Of a DNA stretch of 64,000 bases, positions 36,829 through 46,137 are shown one piece after another. Within the stretch, counting starts at the first letter, position 1. Each line of letters begins with the position of its first letter. The notes beneath the pieces are model-generated. The model was not told where the DNA came from. It did not search any database and saw only the letters and a list, made by a program, of their open reading frames with translations. The stretch covers positions 140,686 through 204,685 of IMG/VR virus record IMGVR_UViG_3300018962_000001; one strand, 5' to 3'. Made by a program: the position numbers and the translations under genes.

Positions 36829-37265
36829 GTGATTCATTGGTGTCGGAGGGAGCGTATCGGCATCCGCGTGGCGTCTATTTTGCGCACGAGTGGGATGCGT
36901 GGCGCAAGCGCGTTGTCGCCGCCCAGGAGGCCGTGAGTGCCGCCAATCGGGCAGCAGAGCGTGCTACGGAGGAGTATGATGCCGCGATGGCCGAGTATGC
37001 CGAACGGCTGGTGACGCGCTGGGCCACATATAGCGCGGGTGGGGTGCTGCCAGATGTCATCTATGCCCGGCTGCGGCAGGAGGGACATCCCGGCCAGCTC
37101 ATTGCCGATAGCATCTGGTGGGTCTGGCGGCGACTCGATCGCGAGTTTTATGCCATCGAGCATATTACGGACGATCAGGCGCGGACAGGGTATGAACAGC
37201 TCGATCAGTTTCGCACGTGGTGGTCGATCGCCAATCGCTGTGCCGAACAGGAAGGCACCGCATGA
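36825..37265 (+). CDS. Hypothetical protein, 146 aa
   Basis: GAGGAGG RBS; GTGA overlap. Confidence 0.7.
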   Translation: MSDSLVSEGAYRHPRGVYFAHEWDAWRKRVVAAQEAVSAANRAAERATEEYDAAMAEYAERLVTRWATYSAGGVLPDVIYARLRQEGHPGQLIADSIWWVWRRLDREFYAIEHITDDQARTGYEQLDQFRTWWSIANRCAEQEGTA

Positions 37266-37741
37266 TTCTGCAAGTTGGGAATATGTGGGATATGTGGGAT
37301 ACTGCCGACCTGTTTCTCATTACGACCAACAGCACGATCAAAAAGAACGGCGCGCTCGTGATGGGTCGCGGGATTGCGCACCAGGCACGCGACCGTTTTT
37401 CAGGGATCGATCATACGTGGGGCCAGCACATTGAGCAGCTGTGTGGACATCTCGGAGTCTATGGCCTGCTCATCAGCGCCGCGTGGCCCGACAAGAAGAT
37501 TGGGGCGTTCCAGGTCAAACAACATTTCCGCGATCGGGCAGATCCGGCGCTGATTGCCGCCAGTGCTGCTCGCCTGCGGGCGTGGTGTACGACTCATCCC
37601 CAGGCCACCGTGCATCTCAACTTTCCCGGCATTGGGAATGGTCGTTTAGATCGATCGGTCGTCCTGCCCCTGCTTCATCGCTTACCGGATTCGGTAACGG
37701 TCTGGGAATTGCCCAAGGAGACTCACGATGACCCGGCCTGA
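37262..37741 (+). CDS. Macrodomain (ADP-ribosylglycohydrolase-like) protein, 159 aa
   Basis: ITTNSTIKKNGALVMGRGIA and NFPGIGNGRL motifs typical of macrodomains. Confidence 0.8.
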   Translation: MILQVGNMWDMWDTADLFLITTNSTIKKNGALVMGRGIAHQARDRFSGIDHTWGQHIEQLCGHLGVYGLLISAAWPDKKIGAFQVKQHFRDRADPALIAASAARLRAWCTTHPQATVHLNFPGIGNGRLDRSVVLPLLHRLPDSVTVWELPKETHDDPA

Positions 37742-38069
37742 TTCCCCCATTGTCACCATTTCCGGCGATGTCAGCAGCCCGACAGAGGGGTCGGCTACCT
37801 ATGCCATCGGAGCACTGCGCGGTGGGCCGGTTCGCCGGGTCTTTGTGTATGGTCCCGGCGAAGGGATGCCGCCCATGTTTGAAATGATCGGTGTCGTCCG
37901 TGGGCGCACCCCTGGGGACGCAATCGCGACGTGGCTCCAAGATCGCTTTCGCGAGGCCAGGGAAATTCACGCCAGCATCTTCTGGCATCCGAAAAATGTC
38001 CAGCTGCGCCGATTTGTGTACGATGTTCATATCCAGATTGCGGGAGAAGAACGCGATGCCACGATTTAA
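37728..38069 (+). CDS. Hypothetical protein, 113 aa
   Basis: AAGGAG RBS; operon packing. Confidence 0.65.
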   Translation: MTRPDSPIVTISGDVSSPTEGSATYAIGALRGGPVRRVFVYGPGEGMPPMFEMIGVVRGRTPGDAIATWLQDRFREAREIHASIFWHPKNVQLRRFVYDVHIQIAGEERDATI

Positions 38070-38364
38070 CCGCTCCAAGACCTTATTCCGGGTGTATCGA
38101 TTGCTGTGCATTCCCTTGCCCCAAGGCGGCGGCGGCACGAAGTCTGCCGCAACGACCGGCTATGTATCCTTTAGCGAAGATATGCGCCATGCCTTGCCGC
38201 TGATTCAGGACGTGATCCGCCAGTGTTATCAAGGCGAGGATTACCAGGGATCGGTAGAGGAAACGTTAACCAAACTGGAAGCCTGGCATGCCGCGCGTAC
38301 CCGTGCGAATTGGGATTTTGCCGGGTCTGGGTGGAAACAACGGGTGTCGGAGGACGGCCAATGA
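38056..38364 (+). CDS. Hypothetical protein, paralogue of 38361..38624
   Basis: Shared ALP.I..VI..C....E.TL...E.WHA.R...W...G.G pattern. Confidence 0.7.
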   Translation: MPRFNRSKTLFRVYRLLCIPLPQGGGGTKSAATTGYVSFSEDMRHALPLIQDVIRQCYQGEDYQGSVEETLTKLEAWHAARTRANWDFAGSGWKQRVSEDGQ

Positions 38365-38624
38365 CGATTCAAGAAGCACTCCAACGACTCGGACGGGTGA
38401 TCCGCATCCCGATTCACAATGGCAGTAATCAGTATGCTGCCGACCTGATGTATGCCCTGCCAAAGATCGAAGCGGTTATTGATGAATGCTCTCGCAACAC
38501 CCCCGATATGGAGATCATCGAGCAAACACTCCAGCTCATGGAACGCTGGCACGCCATCCGCGTCGAGGAGGGGTGGAGCTACCTGGGCGCGGGCATTGTG
38601 GGCGTGATCCGGCGCGCTCCCTGA
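38361..38624 (+). CDS. Hypothetical protein, paralogue of 38056..38364
   Basis: GGAGG RBS; ATGA overlap. Confidence 0.7.
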   Translation: MTIQEALQRLGRVIRIPIHNGSNQYAADLMYALPKIEAVIDECSRNTPDMEIIEQTLQLMERWHAIRVEEGWSYLGAGIVGVIRRAP

Positions 38625-38698
38625 TATTATTTCCGGTTGTGGCCCTCCGAGACGATTAACAGAGTGGGAGCCTTTTCCCGTCGTAGGAGTGTCACGAT

Positions 38699-39007
38699 AT
38701 GCCACGGAAACCAATCACGGAAATCCTGCGCGAAGTAACGGAGCAACTGGAGCGCGAAACCCCGGAAGAACGCGAGGCGCGGCATCGCGCGCAAATCCCT
38801 GGCGATCTGGTGTGTGAGTGGTTGATCCAGAAAGAGGACGAGCGGCAGGCACGCGAGTCAGGGACTCCCATCCCGACCCTGCGCCTGCACACCTTTGTCA
38901 CCCGGTTATACCACCACTACGGCCAGGAGGTGGCCCATGAGGTCGTCGAGTTGATCCTGCTCCATCACCAGATGACCGACTATGAAAGCCTCGAACCCGA
39001 AGTCTAG
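38699..39007 (+). CDS. Hypothetical protein, 102 aa
   Basis: AGGAG RBS. Confidence 0.7.
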   Translation: MPRKPITEILREVTEQLERETPEEREARHRAQIPGDLVCEWLIQKEDERQARESGTPIPTLRLHTFVTRLYHHYGQEVAHEVVELILLHHQMTDYESLEPEV

Positions 39008-39372
39008 GTTTCGTCGCGGGGGCGCGTCTCGCCCGCCCGCTTACATGCCAGGAGCTGGCGCGCGGTATCAGTTGGCATCGATTCGATATGGAGATCATCG
39101 CCCACGACAACCGTGGGCGATCGTTTCGTCCATCCCGCCACCAATGCTTCACCGAACGACTGCGCAAACGCCGCCGCCGCCGGATCATCGGCATCGAACC
39201 CGATCAGGACAATGGCGCGTGCCGACGAGACCACCTCGCGAATAGTTGTCCGCAGCCCCAACTGTTCTTCAAGCCACTGAATGCGCGCGTAGCAGCGCTC
39301 CAGATGGTCGTGTGCAGCCCGTTCTCCATCGGTTAAGGGACGGGCATCGGGCGGCCAGGTTGCTTCACTCAT
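39004..39372 (-). CDS. Hypothetical protein, 122 aa
   Basis: GGAGG RBS; own promoter-like TTGCAC-N16-TATACT at 39434-39407. Confidence 0.7.
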   Translation of the reverse strand: MSEATWPPDARPLTDGERAAHDHLERCYARIQWLEEQLGLRTTIREVVSSARAIVLIGFDADDPAAAAFAQSFGEALVAGWTKRSPTVVVGDDLHIESMPTDTARQLLACKRAGETRPRDET

Positions 39373-39451
39373 CGAATTAATCCTCCCTGATAGGCATACC
39401 AGGAGCAGTATAGCGACCTTTGGAATCTGTGCAATCTGCGCGATGTGCCTC

Positions 39452-39480
39452 TTGACATTCGCGTGTATATGCGCTATTCT
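39452..39480 (+). promoter_or_regulatory. SigA-type promoter
   Basis: TTGACA-N17-TATTCT. Confidence 0.75.
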
Positions 39481-39539
39481 ACCCTCATCGGAACCGCGTG
39501 ACGAAGAAACGGGCCATATACGAAAGGACAGGAAGCCAC

Positions 39540-40619
39540 ATGGACAACATTCTCGGCGATCGCTTCATTATGCACGGGACGGATGAACGGGACAAAGCCT
39601 GGCACCGCAAGGGAAACACCTTCACAAAGGATGTCATGTCAGCAATGGAAGCCTACGAGCGCCTGGGGCGCATGCCGGTTCGCCTGGTCCCACTGCAAAC
39701 CGCGCCGGAGATCGCGCCTGATGGCAGCACCATCCCTGGGATCACGATCCCGAATCGGGCGATCATGCGCGGCCCGATCCCGGAGGACCAAACGGATGTG
39801 TGCTTCGGAGTCGTCGGGCCGGAGTATGTCCTCATCACCCCGGAGCAAGTCGCCCGTATCTGGGACGAGGTTTCAGGGCAGGGTCGAATCGAAACGATGG
39901 GCTTTCTGGGCCAGGGCGAGCGTCTGTTCGTCACGCGCAAGGAACGCCCGCTGGAAATCGACGGCGACGAGGTGGAGATGTACACGGTCCTCGACTCGCC
40001 GATGCAGCAGGGCTATAGCGCCCAGATCTTGATCACGCCCTGGCGAGTTGTCTGCCAAAATACGCTGATTGCAGCGATCGAAGGGGCACGCGAACGCTGG
40101 CAAATTGCCCACAGCGAGGGGGCACATATCAAGCTGATGGAATGGCTCTCGCTCGCCTTCGCGCGCACCGACGAGAAGGTTAACAACATCAAGACCGCCT
40201 TTGAAGCCCTGGCTGCCGGAGGCTCCTGCACGATCGAGGAGATCGAATACGTCGCGATCCAGACCTATCCCGATCCGAAAAAGCCCCGCCGCAACTGCCC
40301 GCCCGCGCAGTACACGCAGCGCATGGAAATCTTCGAGGACGTGCTGACTCGGCAGCGCAACCGGCGCGCGGCGGCGATCGAGTTTGCGCAGGGGAAGGGT
40401 GCAGGGCTGGCGGATCGCGCGATCACCCCCTGGGTCATCTATAATGCAATGGCCGAGCACGCCCAATACTGCTCATCCACACGGGGCAAGATCGGTGCGG
40501 ACACGTTGTTCGGAGAGCGGGCAAAGTGGATCGCGAATGCCTTTAACGCATCGATGGATCTGGTGACGGGCAAGCGGCACGCGACTCCCGAAGTCGAAAT
40601 GGCCGCGCTCGCCAACTAG
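39540..40619 (+). CDS. DUF932 family (phage/plasmid) protein, 359 aa
   Basis: AWH..G, IETMGFLGQGERLF, TPWRVVCQNTL...HS motifs. Confidence 0.8.
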   Translation: MDNILGDRFIMHGTDERDKAWHRKGNTFTKDVMSAMEAYERLGRMPVRLVPLQTAPEIAPDGSTIPGITIPNRAIMRGPIPEDQTDVCFGVVGPEYVLITPEQVARIWDEVSGQGRIETMGFLGQGERLFVTRKERPLEIDGDEVEMYTVLDSPMQQGYSAQILITPWRVVCQNTLIAAIEGARERWQIAHSEGAHIKLMEWLSLAFARTDEKVNNIKTAFEALAAGGSCTIEEIEYVAIQTYPDPKKPRRNCPPAQYTQRMEIFEDVLTRQRNRRAAAIEFAQGKGAGLADRAITPWVIYNAMAEHAQYCSSTRGKIGADTLFGERAKWIANAFNASMDLVTGKRHATPEVEMAALAN

Positions 40620-40687
40620 AATCGCTCTGGGGGGAAGCAACCTCTCGCTTCCCCCACCGTATCTCTCCTTAAGAGAAAGGAATCGCT

Positions 40688-41269
40688 ATGTTAAGCTTCA
40701 TGCACCGCTGGATTGGCCTGCTGCTCGTACTCCTGATGCTGGCCGCTTGCGGCACGAACAACGCCCCGCCACCACAAAGTGATGCGCGCGGGACGAGCTG
40801 GAATGTCTCAACCTTCGGCGGTGATCTCGCCGTCGATGTCGATCGCGCCTACTACCGGATTGAAGGCGAGGTGATTGGGGAGCTGCGCGATCTGGAGCGC
40901 TATCGCAGCAGCAGTTCCTTTACTGCCGTGAATGGGGTTGCGTCCGGCTCCAGTTGGAGTGAAACAGACGGAAAAGGGTTTGTCCGGGTGCGTGTCTCTC
41001 GGATCGAACCCGCAGCGCCCCATATCGGCACGGTCGAGCAAGTGCTCCTGCTCAAATCCACGGATAGCAAGATTAAGGCGGTCTTGCCCGGCGATCGGGT
41101 GACCTTTATCTGCCGGGCGAATTTTGAAGCGGTTGCCCCCGTCCTCGTCGATCAGGTGTACACCGCCGAGGATAAAGAGCAAGGCGGCGTATGGGAATTC
41201 GATTACTGCCGTATGGACACGCCGCAGCTGGGCGTTCCCGACCCCACCCCCACCATCCCCAAGGAGTAA
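40688..41269 (+). CDS. Lipoprotein, 193 aa
   Basis: Signal peptide with lipobox LAAC; flanked by hairpins at 40628-40656 and 41290-41314. Confidence 0.8.
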   Translation: MLSFMHRWIGLLLVLLMLAACGTNNAPPPQSDARGTSWNVSTFGGDLAVDVDRAYYRIEGEVIGELRDLERYRSSSSFTAVNGVASGSSWSETDGKGFVRVRVSRIEPAAPHIGTVEQVLLLKSTDSKIKAVLPGDRVTFICRANFEAVAPVLVDQVYTAEDKEQGGVWEFDYCRMDTPQLGVPDPTPTIPKE

Positions 41270-41338
41270 CGACTCAATCCACACACGGAAGGGGGGATCA
41301 TCACGATCCCCCCTCGGCTTGCTGAAAGGAAGAACGCG

Positions 41339-42076
41339 ATGCCTAAATATCACACGGCACACGATACGCTGCGCACCAAGAACCAGCTTCACGTGGTAGG
41401 GCACTGTCCAATCTCGCACAAGCGCCAGTTTGCTGCCTTGGAACCGGCGACCAGCGAGGCCAAGCGACTCAGCGACGAGTCCGGGTATGTCATCCTTCCC
41501 TACCAAGCAGTGTGTTGCCCGTATTACCACGTCGGCAAGCAGCGGTGTCCCCGTTGTTCGGGGTATCTGAAGCTGGCAGGCCATGTGTGCCCCAATCCTG
41601 ATATGACCGTGCCACCACGCGGCTTCGATCTAGCCGATCTTCCCGCGATTGACTCCGAGTATGCTGCGCTGGGCGCGCAGCTCACGGCCCTTTCACGCGA
41701 TCTCGCGCAGATTCGCCAGGGCATTCTCGATCCGGCGCTCCGGGCGGGCCAGCCCGTGGCGGTGTATCGGGCAATGGCAATCGCTGAATGTGAGCGAATC
41801 AAAGATCGCCGCCGGGAGCTTCAGCCGATTCGCCATCGCCTCCATCAGTTTCGCGACTATCAGGCAAAAGTCGCGCGGATCAGCACGTGGAGCGCCGATC
41901 CCCCGGATCTCGCCGACACCCGTGATCTCCTCATGCAGATTCGGACCTATTTTGCCATCCGTGAGATCGAGGGCGATCTCACGCCTGTGGAACAGGCACT
42001 CCGAACGGCAATCTCACGCTGGCTTGTGGCAAATCAGCCCCCCGACCCACTGGAAGCTGCCGATGAAGCCCCTTGA
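41339..42076 (+). CDS. Hypothetical protein with Cys/His cluster and coiled coil, 245 aa
   Basis: CCP..H...CPRC...H.C motif; RBS present. Confidence 0.7.
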   Translation: MPKYHTAHDTLRTKNQLHVVGHCPISHKRQFAALEPATSEAKRLSDESGYVILPYQAVCCPYYHVGKQRCPRCSGYLKLAGHVCPNPDMTVPPRGFDLADLPAIDSEYAALGAQLTALSRDLAQIRQGILDPALRAGQPVAVYRAMAIAECERIKDRRRELQPIRHRLHQFRDYQAKVARISTWSADPPDLADTRDLLMQIRTYFAIREIEGDLTPVEQALRTAISRWLVANQPPDPLEAADEAP

Positions 42077-42101
42077 CTTGCGCGCCGGAATACGCTAAGA
42101 T
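42073..42101 (+). promoter_or_regulatory. SigA-type promoter of the same family as those at 58-62 kb
   Basis: TTGACT-TGCGCGCCGGAATACGC-TAAGAT. Confidence 0.7.
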
Positions 42102-42129
42102 GAGTGAGTAGCAAGACAGGAGCGCACGT

Positions 42130-42783
42130 ATGACATATCCACTCACGCAGGAGGGACCGGCGGCGGCGGGCCGGTATCTGACACGCGAGGAAGCCCGGCA
42201 GATCTACCACCAGTACGACTCGGAGCATACCGCCCTGAAGGGTCAGATCGATCGTCTCAGCGAGTGTGTGCTGGCACGCGAGATCGCTGAAGGGGCAGCG
42301 GCGGCGGTTCGCTTTGCCGATGATCTGACCTCTGACCCGTGGACCGGATTCTTTCTGTCGGTTGCGGAGCAACCGACGCGGTTTCCCGGCGTCTTTTGCA
42401 ATGCCCGCTGCGAGGCAGAGGGACGAATCGCGTATCCCGACAAGTCCGATGCCGCGTGGCATGGCGCGCAAACGGGACATTGCCATGCCCCGACCTGCGG
42501 CCAATGGGATGTACGGCACGAGGCTCCGTTATGGAGTCCCCAGAACCCCATCTATCTGATCGTGCGGCACCGCAGCGCGGCGCTGGACTATCTGGATGGC
42601 TATGCCGTGATCGCCGCGCGCGTGGGAGCCTTCCTGATCGCCGCTGTGCGGCCCCAGGATGCCGTCTATTGCCGCGACCGCATGATCAGCGGTATCCGGG
42701 TGCTGGGCGCGCGCGAGTTCTTTCCCACGCTCGCCACGGCGGTCACGGTGGCGGCGGGGCTGGATCGGTTTGAAAGAGTCTAA
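42130..42783 (+). CDS. Hypothetical protein, 217 aa
   Basis: AGGAG RBS; Cys motifs. Confidence 0.7.
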   Translation: MTYPLTQEGPAAAGRYLTREEARQIYHQYDSEHTALKGQIDRLSECVLAREIAEGAAAAVRFADDLTSDPWTGFFLSVAEQPTRFPGVFCNARCEAEGRIAYPDKSDAAWHGAQTGHCHAPTCGQWDVRHEAPLWSPQNPIYLIVRHRSAALDYLDGYAVIAARVGAFLIAAVRPQDAVYCRDRMISGIRVLGAREFFPTLATAVTVAAGLDRFERV

Positions 42784-42784
42784 C

Positions 42785-43102
42785 ATGGTACAGCCATTTA
42801 CCGAGAAAACTCCTGCCCACACGATTGCGCAGGAACCATTGTCGGAGCAGCGCCAGAGTGATCAAAGCATTGTGATTGTTGCCGCGCGCCGCCTCCTGCG
42901 AATCTCGCCCTATCCGTGGACCTTTCGCCGATGTACACCGGGAAGTCAAGTCGTCGAGTTTCAAGCCCTGATCCCAGGGGACGGCGTGATTGCGACCTAT
43001 TACCCGTTTACACGGCTCATCACCTTCGCGTTCATGTCCGGGTTACAGGCGCGGATTGAGTTTACCGCGCCGCTGGAGCCGGACTCAACCGGCACTAGCT
43101 AA
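42785..43102 (+). CDS. Hypothetical protein, 105 aa
   Basis: Packed operon. Confidence 0.6.
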   Translation: MVQPFTEKTPAHTIAQEPLSEQRQSDQSIVIVAARRLLRISPYPWTFRRCTPGSQVVEFQALIPGDGVIATYYPFTRLITFAFMSGLQARIEFTAPLEPDSTGTS

Positions 43103-43115
43103 AAGGAGCGTGTGC

Positions 43116-43526
43116 ATGTCGACTCAGGATGATCTGATCCCACCACGATCCAAGGAGCGATTCCTGGTTCAGTTTGAATCTACCCGTGAGGAAGTGGACG
43201 CCCTGCTGCGGTTGCTCGCTTGCGCGCCATCGATTGTGTCGATCGTCGATCCCGACAGCTTCCATCTTCTGCGCATCGAACCAGCCGTGCATAGCGCGCT
43301 CCTCCTCCCTCTGCCGCTGGATGGGCCGACCGTGCCATCCTTGGAGCTGTATCAGCTTGAAATGCAGCTCGCGCAGGCGCGGCAGAACGCCTGGGAGTCG
43401 CTGACGCGCTCGGTAGCGGAGGCGGATCGCAACGCCGCCTTCGAGGCGCTGGAACGGGCGCGAGTCGCCTACGATCAAGCACTGGGGCGACTTCCAGGCC
43501 GCGAAGCACCTGAGGAGTCCCGATGA
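43116..43526 (+). CDS. Hypothetical protein, 136 aa
   Basis: AAGGAG RBS. Confidence 0.7.
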   Translation: MSTQDDLIPPRSKERFLVQFESTREEVDALLRLLACAPSIVSIVDPDSFHLLRIEPAVHSALLLPLPLDGPTVPSLELYQLEMQLAQARQNAWESLTRSVAEADRNAAFEALERARVAYDQALGRLPGREAPEESR

Positions 43527-43996
43527 AACCACCCCTGTTTGACGAGCCGCCCCCAGTTGACGAGCCGCCGCCGGATCTCAGCCTTGCACTCCGGCAGGTG
43601 GCGGCCTGGGAGCAGATCGCCGCCGCCGCCGCCGGGAGGGTTGCCATTCTCCGGGCAATCTTCGTTCTTCTCATCCTGTATATCTTGATGTACGGGTACT
43701 TCCTCTCTCCAAGCGCCGACGATCTGCGCATTCAAACCCTGCCCGGCGCAACCTGCGTCTGGATTGAAGGCCAAATGCGACTTACGATGCAGTGCGTCCC
43801 GAATGGTCGGGCCACGATTCCATCACAGGAGGAGACCCCCGATGACTCTGTCCCGATGGGGCGAACTAACCACCGTTCAGGTAGCCTACTTTCGCACGGG
43901 CGATCACCCCTGGACGGCGCTGGACGGACCGATTGCCACGAGCGCAGAGTCGGACTCTGCGCTCGTGGGGACCGTCATTGCCGGGTTGTCGATTGA
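43523..43996 (+). CDS. Putative membrane protein
   Basis: Hydrophobic segment AIFVLLILYILMYGYFL; the 3' end overlaps the next gene by about 150 nt. Confidence 0.55.
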   Translation: MKPPLFDEPPPVDEPPPDLSLALRQVAAWEQIAAAAAGRVAILRAIFVLLILYILMYGYFLSPSADDLRIQTLPGATCVWIEGQMRLTMQCVPNGRATIPSQEETPDDSVPMGRTNHRSGSLLSHGRSPLDGAGRTDCHERRVGLCARGDRHCRVVD

Positions 43997-44855
43997 GCCA
44001 TTTTCGACCGATGAGCTGGAGCGGCTCGTCGACGCAGCGGAGATGCCCGCACCCTCCGAAGCCAGTCCTCTGCGACTGTGCGGCTGTTGCGGGGCGGTAT
44101 TAAGCGGATCGCCGCCGTTTGATCCGGTCTGGTGGCAAGGTGGCGAACTCTGGTGGTTGGCCGACCAAGACTATGGCACCGTGGAAACCGCCTGGGACGA
44201 GGCGACCGGCCTGCTGTTGTGCGACGCGGCACGATTCGAGATCGCGGCGATCGCCTGGGGATCGACCGATGAGCCAGGAAACGGTCCCAGCTATCTCGCC
44301 ACAGAGATCGGGAATGTCAGTATGCGCGACCTGTTTGCGCCGTTTCTCGGGGATCTGAAGGTCGCTGCCGATTGGGTCCGCTGGCGGCGCGGTGAAGGGC
44401 GCGATCGGTTCGTCAGCTTCGTGGTCTTGTGGGAATGTTCCCAGGAGATCGGAGGCGGCTATTTTGGCGATGATTGGGAGGTGGCGGTGGATTTCGTCGG
44501 GATTGTGCGGCCCACACGCACCGGCCTCGATGTGATCCCTCCCGCCCAGTACGATACACGAGGAGGACCGCAGATGCAAATTACAACCCAGCGCCGATCC
44601 GGCGATTGGATGGCGTGCCTGGATGGGGATCTCACCAAGTTTGAAACCGGACGGACGGAGGAGGAGGCGGTTGGGACGCTGATTCGGACTCGTGCCGCCG
44701 AAGTGCCCGATCATACCGTGATCCAAACGCAGCTGACCAACTGGCGGGCAAGCCGGGCGGGCGTGGCGGTGCTCGGAGCGGAGGCGATCGCCTCCGGCAG
44801 CGTCCAGATCCGGCGGCTTCCTCCCGAATCGGGTGGAACTGGAGCCCCACGATGA
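43842..44855 (+). CDS. Hypothetical protein, 337 aa, with an in-frame internal start at 44574
   Basis: GGAGGAG RBS at both starts. Confidence 0.65.
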   Translation: MTLSRWGELTTVQVAYFRTGDHPWTALDGPIATSAESDSALVGTVIAGLSIEPFSTDELERLVDAAEMPAPSEASPLRLCGCCGAVLSGSPPFDPVWWQGGELWWLADQDYGTVETAWDEATGLLLCDAARFEIAAIAWGSTDEPGNGPSYLATEIGNVSMRDLFAPFLGDLKVAADWVRWRRGEGRDRFVSFVVLWECSQEIGGGYFGDDWEVAVDFVGIVRPTRTGLDVIPPAQYDTRGGPQMQITTQRRSGDWMACLDGDLTKFETGRTEEEAVGTLIRTRAAEVPDHTVIQTQLTNWRASRAGVAVLGAEAIASGSVQIRRLPPESGGTGAPR

Positions 44856-45208
44856 GCACCGAGACTCCCGATTCCTTGGATCTGTTGCGCCATTGGCCGA
44901 CCCCGTGGACCGTTCGCCCCGTAACCCGGTATCACATTGGACTCTATGATGCCGTGGGAAAGCTGGTGCTATCCGCAGAAACGAGTCACCAGACCTTGCT
45001 GCTCAGTCTCATCGCTACCTGTGTGAATCAGGCCGCGGCAACGAAGGACCTGATCGCCGCTGCGCGCGCGCTGTCGGCGGATTGGGAGCCGTTCACCGAT
45101 GATCAGGAACGGCTGGTCGTTGCCCCGCCGTATATCCGGGCTGTCCAGCGGGCGGTCGCCCGCTACGACGGCAAACCAACCTGGCCCTATGAAGGAGGTC
45201 CGGCATGA
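44852..45208 (+). CDS. Hypothetical protein, 118 aa
   Basis: ATGA overlap; GGAG RBS. Confidence 0.7.
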   Translation: MSTETPDSLDLLRHWPTPWTVRPVTRYHIGLYDAVGKLVLSAETSHQTLLLSLIATCVNQAAATKDLIAAARALSADWEPFTDDQERLVVAPPYIRAVQRAVARYDGKPTWPYEGGPA

Positions 45209-45492
45209 CCCAGTGCAGTCATCAGCGGGCCGTGGAACACCACCAGTACAAATCCCTGATTCCACGCTTGGATCAAGGACACCTTTTTACCGAGCGCGTG
45301 CCCTGCCCGGATTGCGCGCTCCCCGTTACCCTGATCCCGCAATATAGTCGTCCGGTTCCTCATCTGTTGGTCGTCACCGACGACTACGCGATCACGGCGG
45401 ATTTCGCGTTCTACGGCGGCCAGCTCTATCAGACGGTGCAAACCGAGCCACGGACCTATCCGCCGCCGTACGAACGGGAGGTGGGTGGATGA
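45205..45492 (+). CDS. Small Cys/His-containing protein, 95 aa
   Basis: GGAGG RBS; CPDC motif. Confidence 0.65.
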   Translation: MTQCSHQRAVEHHQYKSLIPRLDQGHLFTERVPCPDCALPVTLIPQYSRPVPHLLVVTDDYAITADFAFYGGQLYQTVQTEPRTYPPPYEREVGG

Positions 45493-45851
45493 CGATCTCG
45501 TTTCCGAATGATCCACAAGCCTTCTTTCTCCACCTTGCCAACTATTGTGACGGGCCGGTCACGGCGGTAACCCTGAGCTTCCACGCCGATCCGGTGGCCT
45601 TTGGGTGGCGAATCTCGGCAAATTACTATCCTGAGTCCCGGCGGCTGATGCGCGACCACTTTTATCTCACCGCTGATCCGCAGATGGATCGGTTGATCCA
45701 ACTCAGCATTGAGGGGCGCATCATTGAGGCCGTGCCAGGCGGGATTCCAGGGCCGGATGGTGATCCGCCGTATCGCCTGTGTGCGGGGATTATGCCCGAT
45801 ACCGATTCCCGGTCCAACCCGCTGCGCCTGGAGGACCGACATGGCGCTTAG
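45489..45851 (+). CDS. Hypothetical protein, 120 aa
   Basis: GGAGG RBS; overlap coupling. Confidence 0.65.
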   Translation: MTISFPNDPQAFFLHLANYCDGPVTAVTLSFHADPVAFGWRISANYYPESRRLMRDHFYLTADPQMDRLIQLSIEGRIIEAVPGGIPGPDGDPPYRLCAGIMPDTDSRSNPLRLEDRHGA

Positions 45852-46137
45852 CCCGGATCTGGTGTGTGCGATTAATACGTGGTTTGCCTTTCGGCGAACT
45901 CCGCGATGGATCAATCACGAAGGCCGGAGTCGCCGGGCTGGTGGTCGCGCGGTGCAGATTCTGACCTGGCCGGATGACCGGACCAAGCAGATGATCGAGG
46001 AGCATGTCATCACCGTGGCCGCTGCGCACGGGATCGCGGTCACGATCCGGCAGTCGGGCATGCTGCTGCTGGCGTGCGGCGATGATCGCTGGATCATCAC
46101 GGAGCCGATTCCTCCGTGGGAGGACCGAACGCAATGA
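45841..46137 (+). CDS. Tandem paralogue 1 of 3 (LS..L..AINT.FAF family)
   Basis: GGAGG RBS; similarity to the next two genes. Confidence 0.75.
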   Translation: MALSPDLVCAINTWFAFRRTPRWINHEGRSRRAGGRAVQILTWPDDRTKQMIEEHVITVAAAHGIAVTIRQSGMLLLACGDDRWIITEPIPPWEDRTQ

